Source of the DNA: an uncultured Chloroflexia bacterium
Lineage (GTDB): Bacteria; Chloroflexota; Limnocylindria; Limnocylindrales; CSP1-4
NCBI GenBank assembly: GCA_963749705.1
Contig: CAVVNQ010000004.1
Coordinates: 160,001-224,000 of the forward strand
DNA length: 64,000 bases
Direction: 5' to 3'
The position numbers and the translations under genes are program-made. The first letter of the stretch is position 1; the number at the start of each line of letters is the position of its first letter. The notes beneath the pieces are model-generated. The model was given only the letters and a program-made list of their open reading frames with translations. It did no database searches and was not told the DNA's origin. Of the stretch, positions 20,601 through 30,092 are shown one piece after another.

Positions 20601-20751
20601 CCGCCGCATCGGCGAGGCGCTGTTCATCAGCGACAAGACCGTGAGCGTCCACGTGTCCAACCTGATGGGCAAGCTGGCTGCCACCAACCGTGCCGAGGCC
20701 GCCATCATCGGCGACCGGCTGGGGCTGGTGGCGCCGGTCGAGAAGCCCTGA
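17623..20751 (+). CDS. LAL/MalT-type STAND AAA-ATPase with helical repeats and C-terminal LuxR HTH
   Basis: FIGRQAEL, Walker A GDAGIGKT, Walker B LLVLEDLHWAD, EGNPLF, LTRREREVL..G.TNRRIGEALFISDKTVSVHVSNLMGKL. Confidence 0.92.
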   Translation: MLTMLEDVPRDTSFAFIGRQAELEQLEAAWNRVVHGEPRFILVGGDAGIGKTRLVREHLGRPGGERVIATGGCVPVAGGSLPYVPFIQILRTLALSSGPGYDAAVALASLPPASRAELHRLVPALRSLDSSAPVSIPPEPDESLARARLFEAVLTYLLGVAAEAPLLLVLEDLHWADRSSRDLLSYLVRNLRTERILALATYRIDELHRRHPLRPWLAELGRLDQVERLELHPLEADDLRRDVAEMLGPDADPSLVDRIVRRSEGNPLFAIELVASARAGTGHHGLPETLRDGFLDRVEGLGRDALPIARASAILGRPAAEQLLGDVTGLPADRLAAGIREILDAQVLTTVHHESGERFEPRHALLAEAIVDDLLPGERTALHRRIADLLEAGTDDDGEPARIAAEIAHHRWAAHDTELAVEASVRAAVAAADARAYAEADAHWTRALEAWPAPSEVEGFDHPAALLRAAEVAWALGDRGRAADLADQALERIDARTDPMRAALAHQQLGLTLNTVDARAADLHIAQAVRLVPAIDAPPAAAQVLVVRAAYLGWRLQLDRAVPIARRALELDPRHEFPMVEPAALGVLGATHLGRSQHGAAIELLTRVFELAEQVDDRRIMVFAAHSLCTGLNSVGLWSLVLEYHDRYVARIRELGVVRLWGWWLHDARVTALLGLGRWREAESVMEAMLAEHDVAEHLEFAAVAAVVWARRGRVEEAARLAALAAADPSLALVDRLVPVGCLSARAEVALARGEWTELRETVAMAFASVPARTRNTYPDLRPFALFGLQAEAELAFEARIRRDAEAEAEALDIARNLAGWARNLAQRVTEAGEPLVATTLADAAMAVALLTRVEHRADPGTWRTALERCEAVGNPYDIARVRHWLAEAILERGGSRSEATAELAHALATAAELGAAGLERAIRDLARRARIELETADATTAAATAPGLTAAPIDDRLPTPMKPAVDRPTELVEPLTRREREVLGYLAAGWTNRRIGEALFISDKTVSVHVSNLMGKLAATNRAEAAIIGDRLGLVAPVEKP

Positions 20752-20955
20752 TCCTGAAGGGTTGGCCGGGACGCCCACGCGTCGGCCGGACCGCATCCAG
20801 GTCCGGCGGAGGCGCGACACAGGTGCGCCCGCACCGGGTCCTGGGGCAGGAACGTCTGATCTGGTCGACGATGTCTGATCTGGGGCGGCGATGTTCGTAG
20901 CATTGGTGAGTGGCAGCCCACCACGGGTGCCACAAACCGCAGGAGATGCTCCGTG

Positions 20956-21279
20956 ATGCAGTACCTGGTTTCCGTGATCCACGACCAGGCCACCCTCGCC
21001 ACCCCCTCCGAGATGGCGGCCATCGACGCCTTCAACGACCGGCTCCAGGCCGATGGCCGCTGGGTCTTCGCCGGCGGCCTCGGGTCGCCCAGTGCCGCCA
21101 CCGTCATCGACAATCGGGATGGGGCTGCAGTGTTCTCCGACGGGCCGTTCGTGGAGTCGAAGGAGTTCCTTGCCGGGTTCTGGATCATCGAGGCCCCCGA
21201 CATCGACACGGCGCTCAGGATCGCCGCCGAGGGGTCGAAGGCCTGCAACCGGAAGGTCGAGGTGCGCCCGTTCCTGTGA
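20956..21279 (+). CDS. YciI/DGPF-domain protein
   Basis: VFAGGL, SDGPFVESKEFLAGFWII, VEVRPF; AGGAG RBS. Confidence 0.9.
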   Translation: MQYLVSVIHDQATLATPSEMAAIDAFNDRLQADGRWVFAGGLGSPSAATVIDNRDGAAVFSDGPFVESKEFLAGFWIIEAPDIDTALRIAAEGSKACNRKVEVRPFL

Positions 21280-22523
21280 TGAGGACCCGGAAGCCCGTGA
21301 CCGACGTCCAGGCGACGATTGCCCGGGTCCACCGCGAAGAGTGGGCTCGGGTGGTCGCCGCCCTGACCCGGCGGTTCGGTGACCTCGACGTGGCCGAGGA
21401 AGCCGCCGCCGAGGCGTTCGCGACGGCCGTGGAGCGGTGGCCCGGCGACGGCGTGCCGCCCAACCCGGGGGGCTGGCTGACGACCACCGCCACCCGCAAG
21501 GCCATCGACCGGATCCGGCGCGAGCACAAGCGCGAGGACAAACACATGGCCGCCCTGGTGCTGTCCGGCGATGACCCGCCCGAGCCGACCGGCGCCATCG
21601 ACGACGACCGGCTTCGGCTGATCTTCACCTGCAGCCACCCGGCGCTCGCGATGGACACGCGGGTCGCCCTGACGCTGCGGATGGTCGGTGGCCTGACCGT
21701 GCCCGAGATCGCCCGCGCCTTCCTGGTGCAGGAGGGCGCGATGGGCCGGCGGATCACCCGGGCCAAGGCCAAGATCAAGGCGGCTCGCATCCCCTATCGA
21801 GTGCCGTCAGCGGAGGATCTCCCGGCGCGGGTCTCGGGCGTCCTGGCCGTCCTGTACCTCGTGTTCAACGAGGGCTACCTGGCCACCGGTCCCGACACGG
21901 ATCCCGTACGGCACGACCTGACGGCCGAGGCGATCCGGCTCGCCCGCCTGATCCACGCGCTGATGCCGCGCGACGGTGAGGTGACCGGGCTGCTGGCGCT
22001 GATGCTCCTCACCGAGGCGCGCCGCCCCGCCCGGGTCTCCGCGAGCGGCGAGCTCGTCCCCCTCGACGTCCAGGATCGTGGCGCCTGGGACGCGGCGCTG
22101 ATCGAGGAGGGTCATCGGCTGGTGCGCGAGCGCCTGGCCTCGGGGATCGCTCCGGGCCGCTACCAGATCCTGGCGGCGATCAACGCCGTGCACACGTCCG
22201 CCCGCGACGCCCACGACACCGATTGGTGGCAGGTCGTCGCCCTCTACGATCAGCTCGTCCGCCTCGATCCATCGCCGATCGTCGCCCTCAACCGGGCCAT
22301 CGCCGTGGGCGAGCTTGACGGCCCGCGGGTCGCCCTGGCGGAGGTCGACCGTCTTGCGGACGCGTTGACGGGCTACCACGCGTACCACGCGACGCGTGCC
22401 GACCTGCTGCGCCGGCTGGACCGTACCCAGGCGTCGCGCGAGGCGTACGACAGGGCCATCGAGCTGGCGGGCAACACCGCCGAGACCGCCTACCTGACCC
22501 GCCGCCGCAACGAGCTGGGGTAG
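21279..22523 (+). CDS. ECF sigma factor with C-terminal DUF6596/TPR extension (ECF42-like)
   Basis: GDLDVAEEA, DDRLRLIFTCSHPAL, VLYLVFNEGY, LDVQDRGAWD, YQILAAINAVH; coupled to the DGPF gene. Confidence 0.92.
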   Translation: MRTRKPVTDVQATIARVHREEWARVVAALTRRFGDLDVAEEAAAEAFATAVERWPGDGVPPNPGGWLTTTATRKAIDRIRREHKREDKHMAALVLSGDDPPEPTGAIDDDRLRLIFTCSHPALAMDTRVALTLRMVGGLTVPEIARAFLVQEGAMGRRITRAKAKIKAARIPYRVPSAEDLPARVSGVLAVLYLVFNEGYLATGPDTDPVRHDLTAEAIRLARLIHALMPRDGEVTGLLALMLLTEARRPARVSASGELVPLDVQDRGAWDAALIEEGHRLVRERLASGIAPGRYQILAAINAVHTSARDAHDTDWWQVVALYDQLVRLDPSPIVALNRAIAVGELDGPRVALAEVDRLADALTGYHAYHATRADLLRRLDRTQASREAYDRAIELAGNTAETAYLTRRRNELG

Positions 22524-22642
22524 GCGTCTGGCGAAGGCCGCGGCGGGCCGCCGAGGGCGGTGAGGGCTTACGATCCCGGGCATGAACGGCACCCAGGGAC
22601 TCGCTCGATGCTGAGGGGCGCCACCGACATCGCCCTGGAGCC

Positions 22643-23575
22643 GTGACGACCCGATCGCCCGAGCCGGGTGCGTCCGGGGAGCGAGCGCCCGAGCCGCGAT
22701 CGCCCGGGGTGCGAGCGCCCGAGCCGCCCGCGGCTCGGCCCTCGGGCAGCGGTCTCGTGTTCGCGTGCATCGCGCCGCACGGCGACCTGGCGATCCCCGA
22801 CGCCTGCCCGCCCGGGACCCGGGACCTCGCATCCGCCACGCAGGCGGGCATGGCGGCGCTCGGGCGCCGGTTCGATGCCGCGGACCCGGACGTCGTCGTC
22901 GTGCTCACGCCGCACGGGATCCATGTCGATGGACACCTGGCCGTCGTGATCGCGGGGCGCACGTCCGGAACCCTGGACGAGGCACCGGCGATCTCGCTCG
23001 ACCTCCCCGTCGACCGCGGGCTCGCCATGGCACTGGTCCAGGAGATGGGCGCCGCCGGGATCCCGGCGGTCGGCGTGAGCTATGGCGGCAACGACCCGGC
23101 CGAGGCCGTCATGCCGCTCGACTGGGGCAGCCTCATCCCGCTGTGGTACCTCGGCGGCCGGCGAGACCCCCCGGTGCCCGTCGTGATCGTCGCCCCGGCG
23201 CGCGACCTCCCGATCGACGTCCACGTCGCCGCAGGGACCGCGATCGCCCGTGCCATCGCCGCCGACGGCCGCCGGGTCGCGCTGGTGGCGAGCGCGGACC
23301 AGGCCCACGCCCACCTCGCGGACGGTCCGTACGGCTTCGACCCGGCCGCACGCACGTTCGACGAGACCGTGGCGGCCATCCTCCGCGAGGGCCGCCTCGG
23401 CGCGTTGCGCGACCTCGACCCGGCCCTGATCGAAAGCGCAAAGCCGGACTCCTGGTGGCAGATGCTGATGCTGCTCGGCGCGATCGGCGAGACGTGGCGA
23501 CCGGAGCTGCTGTCGTACGAGGTCCCGACGTACTACGGGATGCTGTGCGCGGCGTTCGAGCCTCCCGGCGGCTGA
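22643..23575 (+). CDS. LigB/Memo-like extradiol dioxygenase-family protein (start uncertain)
   Basis: ACIAPHG, PDVVVVLTPHG, LDWGSLIPL, ASADQAHAH, LSYEVPTYYGM. Confidence 0.8.
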   Translation: MTTRSPEPGASGERAPEPRSPGVRAPEPPAARPSGSGLVFACIAPHGDLAIPDACPPGTRDLASATQAGMAALGRRFDAADPDVVVVLTPHGIHVDGHLAVVIAGRTSGTLDEAPAISLDLPVDRGLAMALVQEMGAAGIPAVGVSYGGNDPAEAVMPLDWGSLIPLWYLGGRRDPPVPVVIVAPARDLPIDVHVAAGTAIARAIAADGRRVALVASADQAHAHLADGPYGFDPAARTFDETVAAILREGRLGALRDLDPALIESAKPDSWWQMLMLLGAIGETWRPELLSYEVPTYYGMLCAAFEPPGG

Positions 23576-23651
23576 CCACGTGCCCGGCGCGGCCGTCGCC
23601 GGGGTTCGGTCATCACCGGAGTACGGGTCCCTCACCGGGCCCCATCGATCG

Positions 23652-26183
23652 TCAGGCCACCCACAGCCTCCGGCCCCGCCCCAGCGTCCGGATCGCCTCC
23701 GCCGCGACCGCGGGCATGAACGCGACGATCGCGACCACCACCCACTCGACGGCGTCGAGCGGCGTCGCCCGGAACGCCTCCGCGAGCACCGGGACGTACG
23801 GGATCAGCACCTGGATGGCGAAGGCGGCAAGGCAGGCACCAAGCAGGAGGCCGTTGCGCCCGAGCCGATGGATCGGCTCGTGGACGCTCCGGTTCCAGTA
23901 GGCGCGGACGCACTGGCCGACCACGAGGACCGTGTAGGCGAGCCACGCGGCATGCTCGAAGGTCCCGCCGCGCGCGAGCATGACGACGAGTGCGGCGATC
24001 GCGGTGAACGCGCCGGCGAGCGCAACGCCGCCCAGGATCCCGTTGGTGAGCAGCGGCGCAGTCGCAGATCGTGGGGCGCGGGTCATGACCTCGGGCTCCG
24101 GCGGCTCGCGCTCGAAGGCGATCGAGGTGGACAGGTCGATGAACAGCTCCATCCACAGGATCTGGAGGGGGAGGAGCACCTGGCTCTGGGTCACGAAGAT
24201 CGTCGAGATGAAGATGAAGCCGAGGAACGCCATATGCGTCGACAGCAGGAACACGAGTCCCTTCTGGACGTTGTCGACGATGCGCCGGCCCTCGGCGAGC
24301 CCGTACATCAGGGTCGCGAACGAGTCGTCGCCCAGGACGAGGTCGGACGCCTCCCGCGCGACCGCGGTGCCGCTGCCCATGGCCACGGCCACGTCCGCGC
24401 CGTGGAGGGCCGGCGCGTCGTTCACCCCGTCGCCGGTCACGGCCACGATCCGCCGGTCGGTGCGCGCCGCCGCGACCAGGCGGCGCTTCTGCTCGGGGGT
24501 CGAGCGCGCGACGACATGGAGGTCCGGAAGCTCGGCCGCGAGCCGCGCGTCATCCCAGGTCGCGAGCTCCTCGCCGGTGACGATGCGCTCGCCGCGCAGC
24601 CCCGCCTCGGCGGCGATCGTCGCGGCCGTCCCCGGATGGTCCCCGGTGACGACCAGGACCTGGATGCCGGCCGCGGCGGCGACCGACATCGCGTCGGCGA
24701 TCCCCGGCCGGATGGGATCCGCGAAGCCGACCAGCGCCCGCATCTCCCACGGACCGTCGTCGATCCGCCGGGCGAGGCCGACCAGGCGCTCGCCGGCGGC
24801 CGCCGACACCTCGATCAGGTCCGCCCAGCGGTCTCGCTCACCCGGGCCGCCGGCGGGCGACTCGACGTAGCCGAGCACGACCTCCGGGGCGCCCAGGGCA
24901 AGCCCCTCGACGTGGCCGTCGCGGCGGGCGTCGGTGCGCGTCACGGGGTGCGCGTCGGAGGCCGGGGTCGCGTCGACGAGATCGGCCGCGTCCAGCCGGG
25001 TGACGCCGCCCGCCTCGGTGACCGCGGTCCGCAGCGCGCGGGTGAACGACGCCGGCGCGATGTCCTCGCTCGGCCACGCGTCCTCCTCCGCCCGCAACGC
25101 CTGCTCGAGGAGCTCGCGGCGCTCGACGGGGTCGTCGACGGACCCCGCAGGCGTCCGGACTGACGACACCGCGAGGCGGTTCTGCGTGATCGTCCCGGTC
25201 TTGTCGGTGACGATGAGGTCGACCGCGCCCAGCGTCTCCTCGGCGTTGAGCCGCCGGACGAGGACGCCACGCCGCAGCAGCCGGTACGCCCCCAGACCGA
25301 GGATCACCGCCAGCAGGACCGGCGGCTCCTCGGGGATCGCCGCGATGGCGGCGGAGACGCCGGCGAGGATGTTCTCGCCCAGCGCGTGGCCGCGGACGAA
25401 GCCGATCCCGGTCGTGAACGCGATCAGTGCGAGCGCGACGACGAGCAGGATCCGGACGAGCCGATCGAGCTCGCGCTGGAGCGGCGAGCGGCGGCGCTCC
25501 TCGGACGCGAGGCTGCCCGCGATCCGCCCGAACTCGGTCGCCGCGCCGATCGCGACGACGATGCCCTCGCCCCGGCCGCCGACCACGCTCGTCCCCGAGT
25601 AGGCGATCGAGCGCCGGCTCGCGAGCGGCGCGTCGGCCGGGTCGGCTTCGACGCGCGCCTCCTCGGGGATCGACTCGCCCGTCAGGACGCTCCGATCGAG
25701 GAGCAGCCGCTCGGCCCGGTTGACCCGGAGATCGGCGGGCACGACGTCGCCGGCCTGGAGCAGGACCACGTCACCCGGGACGAGCGTGGTCGCGGCCACC
25801 AGCGCGACCGCGCCGTCGCGACGGACGCGGGCGACGGGGGCCGATGCGTCGCGCAACGCCTCGAGCGCCCGTTCACCGCGGTACTCGGTGACGACGTCCG
25901 CGCCCACGATCGGCAGGAGCGCGACCAGGATCAGGACGCCGTCACGCACCTCGCCGACGGCGATCGCGAGCACGCCCGCGATGATCAGCATGATGATGAA
26001 CGGCTCGGTGAGCGCTTCGACGACCATCCGCCACACGGGCCGGCGGCTGGTCTCCTCGAGCGCGTTGGGACCTGCCTCCACGCCCCGCCGACGCGCCTCG
26101 TCCGCGTCCAGGCCGCGTGCCGGGTCGACCCCGAGCTCACTCGCGACGGCGGCCGCCGCCATCGCGTGCTGCTCCTGAATCAC
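23652..26183 (-). CDS. Cation-transporting P-type ATPase (P2-like)
   Basis: [33 protein letters not shown]; GTG start overlaps the acr3 stop (GTGA). Confidence 0.92.
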   Translation of the reverse strand: MIQEQHAMAAAAVASELGVDPARGLDADEARRRGVEAGPNALEETSRRPVWRMVVEALTEPFIIMLIIAGVLAIAVGEVRDGVLILVALLPIVGADVVTEYRGERALEALRDASAPVARVRRDGAVALVAATTLVPGDVVLLQAGDVVPADLRVNRAERLLLDRSVLTGESIPEEARVEADPADAPLASRRSIAYSGTSVVGGRGEGIVVAIGAATEFGRIAGSLASEERRRSPLQRELDRLVRILLVVALALIAFTTGIGFVRGHALGENILAGVSAAIAAIPEEPPVLLAVILGLGAYRLLRRGVLVRRLNAEETLGAVDLIVTDKTGTITQNRLAVSSVRTPAGSVDDPVERRELLEQALRAEEDAWPSEDIAPASFTRALRTAVTEAGGVTRLDAADLVDATPASDAHPVTRTDARRDGHVEGLALGAPEVVLGYVESPAGGPGERDRWADLIEVSAAAGERLVGLARRIDDGPWEMRALVGFADPIRPGIADAMSVAAAAGIQVLVVTGDHPGTAATIAAEAGLRGERIVTGEELATWDDARLAAELPDLHVVARSTPEQKRRLVAAARTDRRIVAVTGDGVNDAPALHGADVAVAMGSGTAVAREASDLVLGDDSFATLMYGLAEGRRIVDNVQKGLVFLLSTHMAFLGFIFISTIFVTQSQVLLPLQILWMELFIDLSTSIAFEREPPEPEVMTRAPRSATAPLLTNGILGGVALAGAFTAIAALVVMLARGGTFEHAAWLAYTVLVVGQCVRAYWNRSVHEPIHRLGRNGLLLGACLAAFAIQVLIPYVPVLAEAFRATPLDAVEWVVVAIVAFMPAVAAEAIRTLGRGRRLWVA

Positions 26184-27310
26184 GGCGTCGCGGCCTCCCG
26201 GGAGCCGGCAACGCCGGTGGCGGCGTCGTCCGGGTAGTAGCGGCGGCCGAGCCACAGGGCCACGTTGACGAGCGAGATGAGCACGGGCACCTCGACCAGG
26301 GGACCGATGACCGCCGCGAACGCCGCACCACTCCCGATGCCGAAGGTGGCGACCGCCACCGCGATCGCAAGCTCGAAGTTGTTGGACGCGGCCGTGAACG
26401 ACAGCGCGGTCGTCTGGCCGTACGTCGCCCCGCTGCGCAGGCTCATGTAGAAGGTGATGAAGAACATCACCACGAAGTAGATGAGCAGCGGGACCGCGAT
26501 CCGCACCACGTCGAACGGCAGCGCCACGATGTTCTCGCCCTTGAGCGAGAACATCACGATGATCGTGAACAGCAGCGCGACGAGCGTGATCGGGCTGATC
26601 CGCGGCACGAACGTGCCCTCGTACCACGCTCGTCCCCTGGCCCGGATCAGCGTGTACCGCGTGATGATCCCGGCGAGGAACGGGATGCCCAGGTAGATGA
26701 ACACGCTCTGGGCGATCTGGCCGATCGTGATGTCGACGGCGATCCCCTGGAGGCCGATCCAGGTCGGCAGGACCGTGATGAACAGGTAGGCGAACACCGA
26801 GTAGAACAGGACCTGGAAGATCGAGTTGAGCGCGACCAGGGCCGCGACGTACTCCGGGTCGCCGCGGGCCAGGTCGTTCCACACGATGACCATGGCGATG
26901 CACCGGGCGAGGCCGATCATGATCAGGCCCACCATGTACTCCGGCTGGTCGCGCAGGAAGATGACCGCGAGCGCGAACATCAGCAGCGGGCCGATGATCC
27001 AGTTCTGGACGAGGGACAGGGCGAGCACCTTCACGTTCCGGAACACGCGCCCGATCTCCTCGTAGCGGACCTTCGCCAACGGCGGGTACATCATCAGGAT
27101 CAGCCCGATGGCGATCGGGATCGAGGTCGTGCCAACGCTCAGGCGATCGAGGAACGGGACGATGTCGGGCGCCAGGGTCCCGAGACCGACGCCGACCGCC
27201 ATGGCCAGGAAGATCCACACCGTGAGATAGCGATCGAGCAGCTTCAGCCGGCGCGCAGGCGCGGGCGCGATCGTCGCGGCGGCGGAGAACGACGGGGTCG
27301 GGCTGCTCAA
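26180..27310 (-). CDS. acr3: ACR3-family arsenite efflux transporter
   Basis: [57 protein letters not shown]. Confidence 0.95.
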   Translation of the reverse strand: MSSPTPSFSAAATIAPAPARRLKLLDRYLTVWIFLAMAVGVGLGTLAPDIVPFLDRLSVGTTSIPIAIGLILMMYPPLAKVRYEEIGRVFRNVKVLALSLVQNWIIGPLLMFALAVIFLRDQPEYMVGLIMIGLARCIAMVIVWNDLARGDPEYVAALVALNSIFQVLFYSVFAYLFITVLPTWIGLQGIAVDITIGQIAQSVFIYLGIPFLAGIITRYTLIRARGRAWYEGTFVPRISPITLVALLFTIIVMFSLKGENIVALPFDVVRIAVPLLIYFVVMFFITFYMSLRSGATYGQTTALSFTAASNNFELAIAVAVATFGIGSGAAFAAVIGPLVEVPVLISLVNVALWLGRRYYPDDAATGVAGSREAATP

Positions 27311-27379
27311 CGGAGTCCCTCGTGGCCGGACGCGTCAGGAGCTGATCCTGATGCTACCGGCAGTGCAAGCCTCGGGGTG

Positions 27380-28549
27380 TCACGAGCCTGCGAGCAGCTC
27401 CCGGATCACGGCCTCGGCGGTGTCGTAGCCGCCCTCGCCGGCGCTGTAGTAGCGGACCACGCCCTCGCGATCGACGAAGTAGAACGCCGGCCAGTAGTGG
27501 TTGTCGTAGGTGCGCCAGGTGGCGAACTCGGGGTCGAACGCGACCGGAAACGTGACCCCATCGTCGGCCACGGCCTGCCGCACGTTGGCAAGGTCCCGCT
27601 CGAACGAGAGCTCCGGCGTGTGCACGCCGACCACGACCAGCCCGTCCGGGGCGTACCTGTCGTACCACGCCTTGACGTACGGCTGGACGTGGATGCAGTT
27701 GATGCACGCAAAGGTCCAGAAGTGGACGAGCACGACCTTGCCGCGCAGCGACGCCATCGTGAGCGGTGCGCTGTTGATCCAGCTGGTGATGCCCGTGAAC
27801 TCCGGCGCGGGACCCAGGTCCTGGAGCGGGACGACGAGGTCAACGGGCGCGTCGCTCGCCCCTGCCGCCGTGGCCTGCGACGGCTGCGCGGCGAACGCCG
27901 ACTGGAGCCGCAGGTCGAGGCCGCTGGCAACGAGCAGGCCGGCCGCGAGCATCACCACGCCATAGCCCTGGCGCAACCGCAGACCACGGACGACGCCACC
28001 GAGGCGTGCGGCGACGGCGCGGCCGCCAAGGGCGATCGCGGCGAGCGGGACCGCGGCCCCGGCCACGTAGGCGATGGCGATCGTCACGGTATCGATCCCC
28101 GGTCCGTCGACCACGGCCGCGGCGATCACGGTCGCCATCACCGGGCCCACGCACGGCGCCCACAGCAACCCGATCCCGGCGCCCAGCGTCAGGCCGGCCG
28201 CCAGATCCCCGCGCGGGCCCAGCGCCTTGGGCCGCTCCGTGGATCGCGGCGCGTGGCGCGTGAGCCAGTCACCCGCCCGCGGCCAGGCAAGGAGCACGCC
28301 GGCGGCCACGAATACGGCCGCGGCGGCGAGTCGCAATGGCTGGGTGGTCAGCCCGGCCGCAGCGAGGACGCCCGCGATCAGGACGGTCGTGAGCAGGAAC
28401 GTGCCGGCGAACCCCGCGACCACCCCGGCCACGCGCGCAGAACGTCCCGTGCCCGCCGCGCCGACCACGAGCGGGAGGATCGGCAGCGAGCACGGCCCGA
28501 GGATCGTGAGGACGCCAGCCAGGAAGGCGACGGCGAGCAGGCCGGGCAA
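27380..28549 (-). CDS. dipZ: DipZ-like CcdA (cytochrome c biogenesis) plus thioredoxin fusion
   Basis: GPCSLPILP and WAPCVGP CcdA cysteines; FWTFACINC (CxxC), GVHTPE, YWPAFY. Confidence 0.88.
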   Translation of the reverse strand: MPGLLAVAFLAGVLTILGPCSLPILPLVVGAAGTGRSARVAGVVAGFAGTFLLTTVLIAGVLAAAGLTTQPLRLAAAAVFVAAGVLLAWPRAGDWLTRHAPRSTERPKALGPRGDLAAGLTLGAGIGLLWAPCVGPVMATVIAAAVVDGPGIDTVTIAIAYVAGAAVPLAAIALGGRAVAARLGGVVRGLRLRQGYGVVMLAAGLLVASGLDLRLQSAFAAQPSQATAAGASDAPVDLVVPLQDLGPAPEFTGITSWINSAPLTMASLRGKVVLVHFWTFACINCIHVQPYVKAWYDRYAPDGLVVVGVHTPELSFERDLANVRQAVADDGVTFPVAFDPEFATWRTYDNHYWPAFYFVDREGVVRYYSAGEGGYDTAEAVIRELLAGS

Positions 28550-28550
28550 T

Positions 28551-28625
28551 TCAGGCCGCCGCCGACGCGGAACTGGGCGCCGTCAAGGTGATCAGCGTGG
28601 CACCGCGCCTCGGAATCGTCGCCAT
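28551..28625 (-). CDS. Putative leaderless 24-aa uORF (MATIPRRGATLITLTAPSSASAAA)
   Basis: TAGGGT -10 element 6 nt before ATG 28625; its TGA ends 1 nt before the dipZ TTG start. Confidence 0.4.
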   Translation of the reverse strand: MATIPRRGATLITLTAPSSASAAA

Positions 28626-28694
28626 CTGGCAACCCTAGCCGCGGTGCGTGACGGTCCGATGACGGCCGGGACGCGTTCCCGACGAGCCACGATC

Positions 28695-28982
28695 TCAGAC
28701 GGCGGGTTCGTTCCCGTCCCGGCCGCGACCGAGCTCACCCCGAGCGGCCGCCGCACCGTGGATGGTCGACCATGCGCCGACGGCCTCCGCGAGCGCCGTG
28801 GACGAGGGCCGCACCGCCAGCCGGTCGTCCGCGCCGCGGATCCCGGCCCCGAGCTCGACGAGACGGCCGCGGTAGGCGGGCCTGTGACCGGCCGACCGGG
28901 TCGCGGTCGGATAGACGTCGAAATAGCCGTCGCTGCTGACGACGATGTCCGCCTCGGGCGGCGCGAAGGGTGTGCGAGCCAT
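28695..28982 (-). CDS. Hypothetical protein (95 aa)
   Basis: MARTPFAPPEADIVVSSDGYFDVYP...; fills the intergenic gap, with promoter-like TTGACG upstream. Confidence 0.5.
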   Translation of the reverse strand: MARTPFAPPEADIVVSSDGYFDVYPTATRSAGHRPAYRGRLVELGAGIRGADDRLAVRPSSTALAEAVGAWSTIHGAAAARGELGRGRDGNEPAV

Positions 28983-29055
28983 GGGAGTTCCGATCTGGCC
29001 GCGCGCTTCGGACTGACGGAATCGCGTCCGGCGCCTGCGACATGCGCCCCTACCA

Positions 29056-29071
29056 TCGAACGAACGTGCGA
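29056..29071. promoter_or_regulatory. Putative LexA (SOS) box TCGAAC-GAAC-GTGCGA
   Basis: One mismatch to CGAAC-N4-GTTCG; lies just downstream of a minus-strand TTGACG -35 hexamer (29075-29080). Confidence 0.45.
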
Positions 29072-29225
29072 TTTCGTCAAATGGCCCCGGTTCGGTGGCG
29101 GCATCCGCCCATCGATCGCGGCACCCGCGGCCCGGTTCGATCGTGACAAGATCAATCCCACACCGGGTTGCCCTTCGGCCGGCCATTCATGATGACGCCG
29201 GCGCCTGGTGCCTGGAGGCTTGTCG

Positions 29226-29999
29226 ATGTCGAACGGCGGTCGTGGCGGGGTCGACCCCGCGCTCATCGGCGGGGTGATCCTGCTCGTGATCGGCGTCCTG
29301 TTCCTGCTCCAGAACACGGGCGTGCTGAGCTTCGACTGGGCGGTCACCTGGCCGATCCTCCTGATCGCGGTGGGGCTGGTCGTGCTCGCGGGCGCGCTCG
29401 GCGCCAGCCGCCAGCGCGGCACCGGCGTGTCGTCGCTTGCGATCCCGTCCGATGGCGCGAGCCGCCTCGAGCTGTCGCTGCGCCTGGGCGCCGGCCGATA
29501 CCGGCTGGCCGGCGGCGCCAGCCAGCTGGTCGAGGTGGAGGCCACCGACCCGATGATCGAGAGCCGCGTGGAACGCCTGGGGGATGTCCAGCGCGTTCGC
29601 CTGTCCCCGTCGACATCCTGGTGGGGCTGGAGCTGGCGGACCGGGATGGAATGGCGGATCGCGGTCGCCGGGGATACGCCGACGGTGCTCGATCTCCAGG
29701 GTGGTGCCGGCGACTTTGCGTTCGACCTGTCGGGGATCGATGTCACATCGGCGACCGTATCGATCGGTGCCGCCGAGCTGCGCCTCGTGCTGCCCAGGCC
29801 GCGGGGCGAGGTCCCGATCCGGGTCGAGGGCGGCGCGGCGAGCCTCAGCTTCCAGGTGCCGCCGGGCGTCGAGGCACGGGTGACGTCCAAGGGGCTGGTC
29901 TCCACCAGCGGGCGCCAGGAGACGCCCGGCTACGCATCGGCGAGGGACCGCGTGACGGTGACGGTCACCGGCGGGGCGGCCTCCGTGCGCATCATCTGA
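29226..29999 (+). CDS. LiaI/LiaF-like membrane protein (2 TM, DUF5668-like) with beta-sandwich 'toast rack' domain
   Basis: GVILLVIGVLFLLQN..WPILLIAVG, then repeated GAG/GAA beta motifs. Confidence 0.75.
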   Translation: MSNGGRGGVDPALIGGVILLVIGVLFLLQNTGVLSFDWAVTWPILLIAVGLVVLAGALGASRQRGTGVSSLAIPSDGASRLELSLRLGAGRYRLAGGASQLVEVEATDPMIESRVERLGDVQRVRLSPSTSWWGWSWRTGMEWRIAVAGDTPTVLDLQGGAGDFAFDLSGIDVTSATVSIGAAELRLVLPRPRGEVPIRVEGGAASLSFQVPPGVEARVTSKGLVSTSGRQETPGYASARDRVTVTVTGGAASVRII

Positions 30000-30092
30000 G
30001 CCACGAGGCGACCGTCGGCGGGGGGCGCGGGGGGCGCTGGCCGCCCTCGCGTCAGGGCTGCACCGGCCGCCTGGGCCGCCGGGTCCACGGCC

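Noticed and set aside
17623-20751. Anti-phage STAND (Avs-like) system
   Set aside because: The C-terminal LuxR HTH and lack of a nuclease/effector domain mark it as a MalT/LAL transcription regulator.
14742-22523. Integrative mobile element
   Set aside because: Accessory-looking content, but no integrase, transposase, tRNA target or flanking direct repeats are visible.
26184-27218. N-terminal extension making the P-type ATPase 1188 aa
   Set aside because: It overlaps acr3 in another frame; the GTGA-coupled start at 26183 explains the gene.
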